DNA from: Squalus acanthias
Taxonomy: Eukaryota
Reading direction: 5' to 3'
DNA: 64,000 bases
Assembly (NCBI GenBank): GCA_030390025.1
Contig: CM059453.1
Location: 6,882,001-6,946,000 of the forward strand
The translations under genes were made by a program, and so were the position numbers. Below are positions 12,468-25,200 of the stretch, in pieces (within the stretch, counting starts at the first letter, position 1; each line of letters begins with the position of its first letter). The notes below the pieces were generated by a model. That model ran no database searches and was not told the DNA's origin. It worked only from the letters and a program-made list of their open reading frames with translations.

Positions 12468-12510
12468 CTTCGCTAAATATCAGAAGGGAGATCAATCTAA
12501 TACTCTTCAT
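12468..12510 (-). CDS. Siglec-like gene 1, exon 1: signal peptide (MKSIRLISLLIFSE-G)
   Basis: ATG at 12510, hydrophobic leader, 43 nt, phase-1 donor G|GTAAAA. Identical to the gene 2 leader exon. Confidence 0.85.
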
Positions 12511-12884
12511 GACTGGAAGCGGTTGAGGATGTCAGAATGTCGGAAATTGTTTTTATCACAGATATAATTAATCAGGTTTCTAGATTCCATTCGCCGGTAA
12601 TAGACTGGAGTTCATAGCGAATCGAATCAGAGTATTAGGAGGTCAGCAGTTCGCCACCCACCAATCATTGGGAACCGTGGTAGCTCAGACAGCTTGCGCC
12701 ACTTCTCAAATGTTGGCGATTAAAACTGTTGGGAATATGAGCCACTTCGAGTATGACAGTGTGCATCAGTGATTGGCCCTCAGTTACAGGATATAATGAG
12801 GCCCGGTTACTGCTGATTAACCCTGAGCAGAGATGAACCCAGCCCCCTTATCATCTGTACAGTTACAGGACAGGCAGTGGCACT

Positions 12885-15800
12885 TTAGATTGCAATATCT
12901 AAAATAGCCTCTCCACCAGCTTTAGACGCCCCGACTCCCAACTCCCACACACGGAGCTATTTAACAGCCCTTGAACTGCGAGTCTTTGAAGTGTGAAGCT
13001 GTGGTTAGCTCTGCAGCCGTTGTCTGCAGACGTGTGGGTTGATCACCTTCGGGGGCACAACACGTATCTGAAATGTCAAAAGACGCAAAAGAGTTTATCT
13101 TTCAAGAGTTTCAAGTGGGTAAAGTGCCATTTTTAGAAGTCACTTCAATTGTTTATACTGACACTGCAGCGAGATGAAATCTGCTGAAATTAACTCATTG
13201 AGATCCGAGATTATGAAATGTCTGACTTCAGTGCTGGAACTGAGAGTTGTGTCTTGATCTTTTAGATTGAAGTGCCAATGCTGCTGGAAACAACGTGGAT
13301 ATTTTTTTTATCTGCGGGAACAAATCGCTGCGGATTGATCAATGACATGAAATCCTGAATACAAACTGGGCGCAATTGGAATCGGATTATGAAGCAGAAT
13401 CAGTTCAGATTAGTTGGAAGATAAGAGGACCGTATCACTGCTACAATGAAGGGGTTAGTGATCAATCGCTACCTTACCTTATAGATCTCAGTAAAGCACC
13501 TCGAATGAGCCTCGTGCAGTTTGAACAACTCACTCTTTCCCATTTTCACAATTCTAAATCTGAAATCCGTTATACTTTCCTGAGGAAATTGCTTATTTTT
13601 CTGCCGCTCCCCCATTACAATATGTTGAGCGTTCTATTCATACTAATTGGACTTCTCCACACAGGAAAGATATTTAATTATCTGGGTTTTTCCAACGCAC
13701 ACAATAGGAGGGGCTCGGCAGCCGCGACAGATAAATCAGGGCTCCTGAACATTCCGGGCACGCAAAGCCTTGTAGAACACCAGGAACTGTTGAAAAGGCA
13801 AAACAGGTCAGTTGCTGTCTGTGGGGTGAAGATATCAGTGAATATTTTGGGAGAAGAGTACACCAGAATGGAAAACCAAAGATTATCAAACTGTTTTGTA
13901 AAGCGAGAAAGAAGAAGCCCTGACGAGACAACAGATGCCCATTATACAGTATGAGGATCTCTGGCTTACAAACCAGTTAGTACAAGGCTGTTACAACATA
14001 TAAAATATCATCGGGCAGTGAATGGAAATACAATATAAGAACTGAGGAATGTTCAATCGGTGCAGAGGATGATAATTGTCCAGCAGGAACACAACATGTG
14101 ACTTTCTGAATGTGACTGATTTTAACATTCTTGGATATATACGCACTAAATTGAACATGCAGTCCCGGTGCAATGGCAATTTCTCTGGACTATCTCTGGG
14201 TTTGGGAATTCCGGAAAGCAAACAGTGCCTTCGCGGGAGTGCCTCGTGGTTATTCCACTCCCTCAAGGATATTAAATAAGTGAATGAGAGTCAGTGAGAG
14301 TGAAATGCTACGGGCAAGTTGCAGCGTCCACGCGACCAATAGTCATTCACCCGCTCAACTAATTGTCTTACAATCGGTGCTGACAATAATTGTAGGGTAT
14401 ATGGTACTTAAGATTGCAATATCTAAAATCGTCTCTCCACCAGCTTTAGAAGCCCCGACTCACAACTCCCACACACTGAGCTATTTATCAGCCCTTGCAC
14501 CGTGAGTGTTTGAAGTGTGAAGCTGTGGTTAGTCCTGTAGCCGTTGTCTGCAGACGTGTGGGTTGATCACCTTCAGTAGTTCGTGGACACAACACGTATC
14601 TGAAATGTCAAATGATACAAAGGAGTTTATCAGTAAACAGTTTCAAGTGGGTAAAGTGCCATTTTAAAAGTGACTTCAGCTGTTTATACTGACACTGCAG
14701 CGAGATGAAATCTGCTGAAATTAACTCATTGAGACCCGAGTTGCTACAATGACGGGTTTATGAAGATTCTGACTTTAGTGCTATAACTGTGAGGTGTGAT
14801 TGAGCATTTAGATTGGACTGTCAATGCTGCTGGAAACAATGTGGATATACTTATCTACAGTAAGAATTGCCTGCAAATTGATCAGTGGGCTCAAAACCTG
14901 GATCCAAACGGGAACCTCTTTCGCACACAGTCCAGCTTCAAACTGGGCGCATTTGGAATCAGATTATGAAGCAGAATCAGTTCAGATTAGTTGGAAGATA
15001 AGAGGACCGTATCACTGCTACCATGAAGGGGTAAGTGATCAATCGCTACCTTACCTTATAGATCACAGTAAAGCACCTCGGATGAGCCTCGTGCAGTTTG
15101 AACATCTCACGCTTTTCCATTTTCACAATTCTAAATCTGAAATCCGTAACACTTTCTTGAGGAAATTGCTTATTTTTCTGGCGCTCTCCCATTACAATAT
15201 GTTGAGCGTTCTATTCAGACTAATTGGACTTCTCCACACAGGAAAGATATTTAATACTCCGGCTTTTTCTGAAGCTTACCAGAAGAGGGGCTCGGCAGCC
15301 GCGACAGATAGATCAGGGCTCCTGAACATCCCGGGCAACCAAAGCTTTGTAGAACACCAGGAACCGTTGACAACGCAAAACAGGTCAGTCGCTATCTGTT
15401 GGATGAAGATATCAGTGAACATTTTTTGTAAAGAATTAATCAGAATTGAAAACGGAAGGTAATCAAACTGTTTAGTAAAGCGAGAAAGAAGCAGCCCTGA
15501 CGAGACAACAGAGGCCCACATTACAGGATGAGGATCACTGGCTTACAAACCAGTTAGTACAAGGCTGTTACAACATATAAAATATCATCGGGCAGTGAAT
15601 GGAAACACAATATAAGAACTGCGGAATGTGCAATCGGTACAGAGGATGATAATTGTCCAGCAGGAACACACCATGTGACTTTCTGAATGTGTCTGTTTTT
15701 AACATTCTAGGAGATATACGCACTAAATTGAACATGCTGTCCCGGTGCAATGCCAATTTCTCTGGACTATCTCTGGGTTTGGGAATTCCGGAAAGTGAAC

Positions 15801-16760
15801 AGTGCCTTCTCGGGAGTGCCTCGTGGTTTTTCCACTCCCTCAATGATATTAAATAAGTGAATGAGAGTCAGTAAGAGTGAAATGCACACGGGCAAGTTGC
15901 AGCGTCCACGCGACCAATAATCATTCACCCGCTCAGCTAATTTTCTTACAATCGGTGCTGACACTAATTGTAGGGTATATGTTACTTCAGATGGCAATAT
16001 CTAAACTGGACTCTCCACCAGCTTTAGACGCCCCGACACACAACTCCCAAACACTGAGCTATTTATCAGCCCTTGAACTGCGAGTGTTTGAAGTGTGAAG
16101 CTGTGGTTAGTCCTGTAGCCGTTGTCTGCAGACGTGTGGGTTGATCACATTCAGAAGTTCGGGGACACAACACGTATCTGAAATGTCAAAAGATACAAAA
16201 GAGTTTATCAGTAAACAGTTTCAAGTTTTTAAAGTGCCATTTTCAGAAGTGACTTCAGCTGCTTAAATTAACAGTCCAGCGAGATGAAATCTGCTGAAAT
16301 TAACTCATTGAAATCCGAGTTGCTACAATGACGTGTTTATGAAGATTCTGACTTTAGTGCTAGAACTGTGACGTGTGTCGTGTGCTTTCAGATTAGTGTG
16401 TCAATGCTGCTGGAAACAACGTGGATATTTTTATCTACGGGAAGAAATGCCTGCAAATTGATCAGTGGGATCAAATCCTGGTTACAAACGGGAACCTCAT
16501 TTGAACACAGTCCAGCTTCACACTGGGCGCATTTGGAATCAGATTAAGAAGCAGAATCAGTTCAGATTAGTTGGAAGATAAGAGGACCGTATCACTGGTA
16601 CCATGAAGGGGTTAGCGATCAATCGATACCTTATCTTATACATCTCAGTAAAGCACCTCGGATGAGCCTCGTGCAGTTTGAACAACTCACTCTTTTCCAT
16701 TTTCACAATTCTAAATCTGAAATCGGTTACAATTTCCTGAGCAAATTACTTATTTTTTCT
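12885..16760. repeat. Tandem repeat of ~1.55-kb units (about 2.5 copies) upstream of gene 1
   Basis: Unit start (AGATTGCAATATCTAA..CTCTCCACCAGCTTTAGA) recurs near 12885, 14410 and 15987; repeated ORF text such as MSLVQFEQLTL. Confidence 0.9.
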
Positions 16761-17475
16761 GGTGTCTCGGGAATAATCTCCACGCCCACCTCTCCGCCCA
16801 AATCTACTTCACCACCAATGATATTCCAAATTGCACTGATTTCCTTCACACTGTATTAATAGTCTTCATTTTCTATTTCTTGTCATGTATTTATTATCTC
16901 ATTGTAGGTATTCTATTTGCTTTTTGCTGGTTTTCTTAAGCACGATCCTGTTGTTCATTTAAGCAGTTACCTTAATTTCTTTATGCCACTGACAATATCA
17001 AATTCTACCCCGCTTAATTACTCTCACAGTTCTTGCTGCACCTGGTAAATTCCTATTACTACCTGTTGCTGTAACTATTAAATAGCGTTTTAAACACTCT
17101 ATTTAATAACATAAATATTAGGCCACTATTTACTTTAAAAATCTCAGCTCTTAAGATCAAATGTTCATGGTATCTATTATGTTTTCTACAGAATAAAGTG
17201 TGAGAGAGAGAAAGCCTGTGAGAGATAATATGACAGAGAAAGATGGAGACAGGGAATGCGTGCTAAGATCCATGTCACAGACTGGATTTACAGGTTAGTT
17301 TATGGATGTGTGTTCAGTTCCAGTGCCCAGTTTTTCTTGTTAAACAAATAAAATGATAATATCGTAAGTGGGGACACCCGTTGCTTTATGTGTGTGTGTG
17401 TGTGTTGGTGGGCTTGGGTACAGATCCAGGGCCCAGTTTGTTTGTTTTTCTATTCACTTTGCGGGCCAAGTTTGG

Positions 17476-17835
17476 TTTGACTGACTAGTTTAGGGATGTG
17501 TGTTCAGACACAGGTCTCAGCTTGGCTTTACTGACTAGTTTAGGGATGGGTTCAGACCCAGGTCTGAGCTTGGCTTCACTGACTAGTTTAGGGGTGTGTG
17601 TCCAGACCCAGGTCACAGCTTGGCTTTACTGACTAGTTTAGGGATGGGTTCAGACCCAGGTCTGAGCTTGGCTTCACTGACTAGTTTAGGGGTGTATGGT
17701 CAGACCCAGGTCTCAGCTTGGCTTTACTGACTAGTTTAGGGATGAGTGTTCAGAACCAGGTCTCAGCTTGGCTTTACTGACTAGTTTAGGGATGTGTGTT
17801 CAGACCCAGGTTTCTGCTTGGCTTTAGTGACCAGT
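17476..17835. repeat. ~50-bp minisatellite, 7 copies
   Basis: Unit ACTGACTAGTTTAGGGATGTGTGTTCAGACCCAGGTCTCAGCTTGGCTTT, with degenerate copies on both flanks. Confidence 0.92.
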
Positions 17836-18599
17836 ATAAAAATATATGTTCAGGCCCAGAGACCCTTTCGGTTTTATGGACACATTTAGGGATGTGTGTT
17901 CAGATTGAGGACTGCATTTGTTTTTTTATTGCTTTTTCTTTTGGTTGTTTCTTGACTAGTTTATTGAATGTGTGTTCAATCCAGGCCACAGCTTGGTTTT
18001 GACTGTCTGGATGAGAAATGTCTGTGCAGATCCAGGGCCCAGTTGGGTTTTACGGACTCAATTAGGGATATGTGTTCAGCTCCAGGGGCCAGTTTTGTAT
18101 TAACCACAGATGATGCCGAATGTCTGGTCAATCCCAGAGTGGAGGTTTGTGCAATGCACTCTGCTCAATTATGCCCCAAACAAGACCCAGATTGCTTTGA
18201 GAATGTCAGGTGATGTGATGTGTGGTCAACTTCGGGACAAAGTTCATGGTTAATACAGAATGTTCCTTGTTGTCTGCTCAGTGTCTCATTCAGTGTGGCT
18301 GCACCGAGGTAGATTTATTTACACCGTGTGCCAGTATAGCACCAGCGCAGAGGTGTGAAGTGCTGTGTTCTATTTAGAGCCCCTGTAGCTGTGGTTGCAA
18401 CAGCACACAGCCCGCTGCTATCTATGACGTTCTTGGGTGTGAATCATTCTGGACAATGGAACCAGAATGAGTTTATATGTGATCAGGCACCATCCGCTTA
18501 TACTCTATGCTGCATCTTGAAAGGACTTGTTGTGTTTGCAGCTCTGTGTTTAAACTGTACTGCAAAGTGAGAGCTCAGAGTTGACAGTGAATTACGGGA

Positions 18600-19780
18600 A
18601 ACATAGAAACAGAGAAGATAGGAGCAGGAGTAGGCCATTCGGCCCCTCTAGCCTGCTCTGCCGTTCAATGCGATCATGGCTGATCATCCAAATTCAGAAC
18701 CCTGTCCCTGCTTTCTCCCCATATCCCTTGATCCCTTTTGCCTTAAGAAATATATTCAACTCCTTCTTGAATATATTTAATGAATTGGCCTCTACTGCCT
18801 TCTGTGATAGAGAATTCCACAGGTTCACTACTCTCTGGGTGAAGAAATTCCTCCTCATTTCTGTCCTAAATGGATTACCCCTTATCCTTAGACTGTGACC
18901 TCTGGTTCTGGATTCCCCGATCATCGGGAACATCCTTCCTGCATCTAGTCTGTCTAGTCCTGTTAGAATTTTATAAGTTTCAATGAGATCCCCTCTCATT
19001 CTTCTAAACTCAAGCGAATACAAGCCCAATCGACCCAATCTCTCCTCATACGTCATTCCTGCCATCCCAGGTATCAGCCTGGTGAATCTTCGCTGAACTC
19101 CTTCCATGGCAAGATCCTCCTTCCTCAGATAAGACGACCAAAACTGCACACAATACTCAAGATTTGGTCTCACCAAGGCCCTGTACAACTGCAGCAAGAC
19201 ATCCTTGTTCCTGTACTCAAACCCTCTCGCTACGAAGCCCAACATACCATTTGCCTTCTTAACCGCCTGCTGCACCTGCATGCTTACCTTCAGCGACTGG
19301 TGCACAAGGACAGCCAGGTCTCGTTGCACTTCCCCTTCTCCCAATCTATTGCCATTCAGATAATAATCTGCCTTCCTGTTTTTGACACCAAATTGGATAA
19401 CCTCGCATTTATATTGCATCTACCATGCTTCAGCCCAGTCACCCAACATGTCCAAATCATCCTGGAGTTTCTCGGCATCCTCCTCACAGCACACACGCCC
19501 ACCCAGCTTTGTGCCGGCTGCAAACTTGGAGATATTACATCGAGTTACCTTGTCTACATCATTAATATATATTGTGAATAGCTGGGGTCCAACGACCGAT
19601 CCCTGAGGTACCCCAAAAATCACTGCCTGCCACTCGGAAAAAGACCCGTTTATTCCAACTCTTTGCTTTCTGTCTGACAACCAGTTCTCTATCCAAGTCA
19701 ATACCTTGCCCCAATCCCATGTGCCTTAACTTTACACGCTAATCTCTTCTGCGGAACCTTATCGAAAGTCTTTTGAAAGC
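18600..19780 (-). mobile_element. CR1 ORF2/3' fragment (paralog about 46403-47020 has a ~565-bp internal deletion)
   Basis: 241-aa remnant LYRALVRPNLEYCVQFWS..RRMRGDLIETYK; GVPQGSVVGP. Confidence 0.92.
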
Positions 19781-20723
19781 ACGGGTCGGAGATAGGCCAC
19801 AACACTGCGCGCAATTCGAATGGGATTGTGCATTTATCCCTACAATCAGAAAGTAATATACAAGGAAGATGTCACTGCCTCCATATCAGGACAATAGGTG
19901 CATGGGAACTCCATCAGCTCCAAGTTCCCCTCCAAGTCACAACCCACCCTGACTTGGAAATATACAACCGTCCCTTCTACATCGCTGGGTCAAAATCCTG
20001 GAACTCCCTCACTAACAGCAATGTAGGAGCACCTTCGCCACACGGACTGCAGCGGTTCAAGAAGAAGGCTCACCATCACCTTCTGTAGATCAACTAGGGA
20101 TGGGCAATAAACGAGGACCTGCAAGTGACGCCCACATACAAAGAATGAATTAAAAATATGCCCCTTTATTTTTCCATGCCCCTCCCATGTTGCAATTTTG
20201 CCCCGGTTGTGTAATTGTCGCCCATTATTAAAATACATTCCCGCCAGTAATTCAAATAATTGCCCATTTTTAACTTGCAAGCCTAACAAAGAGTGTATGT
20301 GGGATGTTAGACCGGAGAGGGGGCCCTGACTGATCTTTAAGTGCCTGGCCCAGGTTAGCTGGGATGGCGAAATACAAATTGCTGAATTGTTCCTTGGATT
20401 ACCAGAGTACTGAAAAATCTGCAATTGCATTTTGAATTGCTATTTGTTGCAATTTCTATTCCTTCTGCAGCCTGAAGTCATGTTTGTACCTTATGCTCAG
20501 TGTGATTGAGAAAAGCGTCTAAATCCAACAGCGCCACACAGTGGCCGAACGCCGGTATTACATGGGCTATTTGTCACTGCAACATCAGACAAATCTCATC
20601 CCACCTGAGGCAGACATCCTGTATCATGCCAAGATAAATTCCGAGTCCACCTCACCCTCCCCAACATAGACTATCCAAAGTTGTTACAGCGTGTGCAGAA
20701 CGAAGCAGCTGTGGCCGGATAAT

Positions 20724-21486
20724 GGCCCAGAAATTGGAGTTCGATGTTTGCCGCGGGGGTAAGGATCCCCCGCGAATTCGCACTCCGCGCCAACCTTTAT
20801 GGTTTTGTCACAAAAGAACTTCCAGTCCTGGGCCTCTCCCTGGTGCCGGCGCGCAGTGTGTGCGTGTCCAAGAGACGCAGTTAATTCGATGCGACCTCTG
20901 GGATCACGTGGGCCAGTTAGAGCCAATGGCAGCACACCATCTTTCATTCATAGTTTTGACTGCAAGTGCTTTCAAAACTATGAATACAACAAGCCCCCAA
21001 AAGAACAGCTAAACCTCAATTAAATTTAAAAAAGCCAACACATTAGTAAAATAACTATAGTTAAATAATTTAACCACTTTAAACAAAAATTTAAATATTT
21101 GAAAAAATTTAAATTCTTTTTAAAAGTTCTAAAAATAAACTTACCTTTCTTTAAACTCGCTAAAAAAGATAAACCTGTTGAAAAAAAATTAAAATAATAC
21201 TTAATTAACTACTTACTTTGTTAAAAGGGGGTCTTACGCCTGCTTTCTTTATGTGTAAAATCTTAAACACTTACCTGCGGGTTCAAACCTGAAAAATGAA
21301 CTAAGTGCGCTGTGTGCGCACAACCTGTAGCGCGCACGCGGTTCACTTAGGAACCGCCCCTTTCGCAATACACGAAGTGCCGGTTTCCCTCGCATGCACA
21401 GTGCATGCAGGAAACCGGCACTTCGGGACATAATACGCGAGAGTACACAGTGCGTAATCTCCCGTATTAGGTCTAATTTTCGGGCC
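20724..21486. mobile_element. Non-autonomous Harbinger-type MITE, copy 1 (763 bp)
   Basis: TIRs GGCCCAGAAATT / AATTTTCGGGCC, 3-bp flanks AAT and ACT, GC-rich palindromic subtermini, AT-rich core. Absent at the paralogous site near 47820. Confidence 0.85.
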
Positions 21487-21489
21487 ACT

Positions 21490-22251
21490 GTCCCAGAAAT
21501 TAAACATCAATGGTTCCCGCGGGGGTAAGGTTTCCCCGCGAGATCGCACTCCGAGCCTACCTTTTTGTTTGGGGCCCACACGAACTTTAGTTTCAGAGCC
21601 TCTCCCTGTTGCAACCGTGCAGTGTGTGCGTATCCCAGAGGCGCAATTAATTCGTGCGAGTTCTGGGATCACGTGATTCAGTTAGCGCCAATGGCAGCAC
21701 ACCATCTTTCATTCATAGTTTTGAATGCAAGAGCTGTCAAAGCTATGAATACTACAAACCCCGAAAAGAACAGCTAAACCTCAATTATTTTTTTTAAAAA
21801 GCCAACAGATTAATAAAATAAGTATAGTTAAATAAATTAAACACTTTAAACAAAAAATTAAATTTTTGAAAAAATTTTAAATATTTTTAAATGTTATAAA
21901 AATAAACTTACCTTTCTTTAAATTCTCTAAAAAAGATAAACCTGCTGAAAAAAATTAAAATAACACTTAATTAACTACTTACCTTGTTAAAAGGGTATCC
22001 TACGCCTGCTTTCTTTATGTGTAAAATCTTCACCACTTACCTGCGCGTTCAAACCTGAAAAAAAAACTAAGTGCACAGCGTGCACGCAACCTGTAGTGCG
22101 CACGCGGTTCACTTCGGAAAGGCCCCTTTGCAATTCACGAAGTGTCGGTTTCCCGCGCATGCGCAGTGCATGCAGGAAACCGGCAATTCGGGATCTAATA
22201 CGCGAGAGTACACAGTGCGTACTCTCGCGTATTAGGTTTAATTTTCGGGCC
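21490..22251. mobile_element. Non-autonomous Harbinger-type MITE, copy 2 (762 bp), head-to-tail with copy 1
   Basis: Ends GTCCCAGAAATT / AATTTTCGGGCC, flanks ACT and ATT. 17-bp perfect-stem hairpin CTAATACGCGAGAGTAC..GTACTCTCGCGTATTAG near 22195-22235. Confidence 0.85.
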
Positions 22252-24829
22252 ATTGTCCTCTTCCTGATGCAATGCACTTTCCACCTTTGTCCAACAGATG
22301 TGACACGTATTGTGATCTGGTGGATTTCCACACATCCTCTCAATAGAAGGAAGCGCTCCAACTGCCACTTCAATCACTTTGGAGACCAGGCCCATGAATC
22401 TTCTGTTATCCAAGCTAAACGCATCCGGAACAAGTTTTAAAGCTTGCTACATTATTCTTATTAAGACACTCTGCTCTTACTGGCACACAGAGTCTGGGTT
22501 TATTCAGTTGAATTATAGTCAAGTGTTGCGTTTTACTTAGGTGACTCGTTGCAACATTTCATGCAAATTATTCTGTTTGATGCTTGGAACACAGAGTGAT
22601 TTTATGGAAATCAACGTGGTTTTCAAATTGAATTGGGACATTGCAATCTGTTAGACTGTGATGTCAAATAAGTTATTGTTGATTTTTGCACTGAGTTTCA
22701 GGAAACCCACCTGACCCGCCTCTCCAACATTCCTGTTCTATTGTTTATTCGTAGAATCATAGAATAATACGGTGCAGAAGGTAATTATTCAGCCCATCGT
22801 GCCTGTGCCGGCTCTTTGAAACGGATATCCAGTTAGTCCCACGCGCCTGTTCTTTCTCCACGCATGACCCTGCAAATTATTCCTTTTAAAGTATAACTCC
22901 AGTTCACTTTGGAAAGTTACTATTGAAATTGATGCTATCACAGCTTCAGGCAGTGCATTCCATGTCATAACAATTCTCCGTTTATACTCTGCCATTTTTT
23001 CCAAATTTACATTCCAGCACCTTGCAGTGATATGCATGTTTGAACGTCACCCCATCCACCACCTTAAACATTCACTCCCTCCATCAGCGGCATATCGTGG
23101 CTGCAGTGTGTACCATCTACAAGATGCACTGCAGCAACTCGCCAAGGCTTTTTTGGCAGCATCTCCCAAACCAGAGGCCCCTTCCACCTAGAAGGACAAG
23201 GGCAGCAGGCGCAATGGAGCAACACCACCTCCAGGTTCCCCTCCAAGTCACACAACAAGCTGACTTGGAATTATATCGCCGTTCCTTCATCGTCGCTGAG
23301 TCAAAATCCTGGAACTCTCTCCCTAAAATCACTGAGGGAGTACCTTGACCACACGGACTGCAGCCGTTCAAGAAGGCGGCACACCACCACCTTCTCAAGA
23401 GCAAATAGGGATGGACAATCAATGCTGGCCTTGCCAGAGACGCACGCATCTCATGAATCAATTAAAAATATGTGGCGTCCTGTGCATTTCTCCATTCCAT
23501 GCATCCCACCATTGGTTCCCAGGACTTACTGTTGCCTAGGCCTTGTGGAACACCCCATTATATCCACATCCCCTCTCTATGACTCTATCATCCTTCAACG
23601 TCATCTTTTGTTTCTAGCCTGCAATTTACTATCTCTCTAAATCTCTTAAACTTTCTCCACTGTCTTGGAATGTACTCCTCTTGCTATAAACTCTGTAAGC
23701 GCCTAGGACGTTTTATACTTCAAGTCACTATGTTAAAGTTGATTTTCATAAGAGGTTGTACATCACCCAATATATCTCACATTGGCGGTGGTTAGTGGAT
23801 AGGCAATGGAAACATGTAGATTTCCCATTGAATATTGCAGACGGGGCTATCAAATGAACATCCCTGAGGGCACCTGAACCACACATTGTATCTCAGAGTG
23901 GGTGGTCTGAATGGACTACCTGTGGCGATGTGTAATGTACCTATTGTGTCGTACAGTGGGAGCAGTTATTGATTATCCCTGATGCCCAGTGTCTCATCCA
24001 TTGAATCTCACATTATTTTTGGCTAACTGATAATGGTGGGGAGATGAAGATTGTTTATTGTATCTCGCACTGGGAGCTGTGGATGCTGTTTGGGACCCGC
24101 TCACATATCCATGCTCCGAAATCCAGCGGAATTATTGTGCTAGTTTACAACAGAGTAAATACATAATATAATATATATGCTAAATACCACTGACCTGACA
24201 GACAAAAGTGAAAAGTGAGCAGATATTGCACCACTGATACAGAGGTAGAACTAACCAGAGTCCTGTTATTATAACATATTTTATAATCTTCGTTCTTCGG
24301 TTGGCCTCTCTTGACCTGAAGTAGGGACTCAGATGAAGCAGATTGTCGGAATATTCCTCCGGAGGCTGTGTTTTAGTGACAGTGTGAACTTCTGGTAAGT
24401 TTATTTCTATTGCAATCATAACACCCAGGGAACGTTTGCGATTTCAGTGGAGATACTGAAGAAGGGGAGTGTTCCCGATGTGCATTTTCAATGTCAATAA
24501 CTAAGTCGAATCCCCCAGAAATATTCACACTGTCAGGACCACAAACAGATAAAAGGGGATGTTTTGCAGTTGTTGCACAGACGCCTTAACAGGAGCTTAC
24601 TCCTTCAATTGACTGCACTATCCCTGACCGGGAAAGGTGGATGATTATTTTGAATGAATGTAAAGTGTTCCACTCTCAGCTCCACGGAGCTCAAGTAACA
24701 GATATCAAGGCAAATGATTTATGACTTTTTAATAAAGCATTGGATACACTAAACAATGACATATTATGCGTTACATCGTGATCCTCTTCTAAAACCGGCC
24801 TCACCATTTTTGAGCAAGAATCAATTTTC

Positions 24830-25200
24830 TGAGGGGGCTTGTCAGGGTGGAAGCAGAGAAGGTGTTTCCCCTCGAGTTGGAATCTAGATCTAGGGTTCAT
24901 AGTTTCAGAATAATATGTCGCCCATTTAAAACGGAGATGAGGAGGAATTTCTTCTCTTAGAGGGTCGTGAATCTTTAAATTCTCTTCCCCAGAGAGCTAT
25001 GGAGGCGGAGTCATTGAATATATTTAAGGTGGAGATAGACCGATTATTGGACTATCGGGGAGTCAAGGGTTATGGAGAGCGGACAGGAAAGTGGAGTTGA
25101 GAACAAGATCAGATCAACCAGGATCTTATTGAATGGCGGAGCAGGCTCGAGGGGCCGAATGACCTACCCCTGCTCCTATTTCTTATGTGCTTACGTTCTG
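24830..25200 (+). mobile_element. CR1 3' fragment (paralog about 50400-50770)
   Basis: CR1 3' coding end and tail. Confidence 0.85.

Noticed and set aside
12511-12880. Specific promoter elements for the receptor genes (Ets-like GGAA, AT-rich boxes)
   Set aside because: Motifs are too short to distinguish from chance without TSS data.
13376-15462. 192-aa and 212-aa plus-strand ORFs (and paralogs at 41428 and 42749) as protein-coding genes
   Set aside because: They lie in the 1.55-kb tandem repeat, frames and stops differ between copies, and no domain is recognisable. Only the short leader-like segment was kept.
17476-17835. CRISPR-like array
   Set aside because: Contiguous repeats without unique spacers, in eukaryotic DNA with no cas genes.
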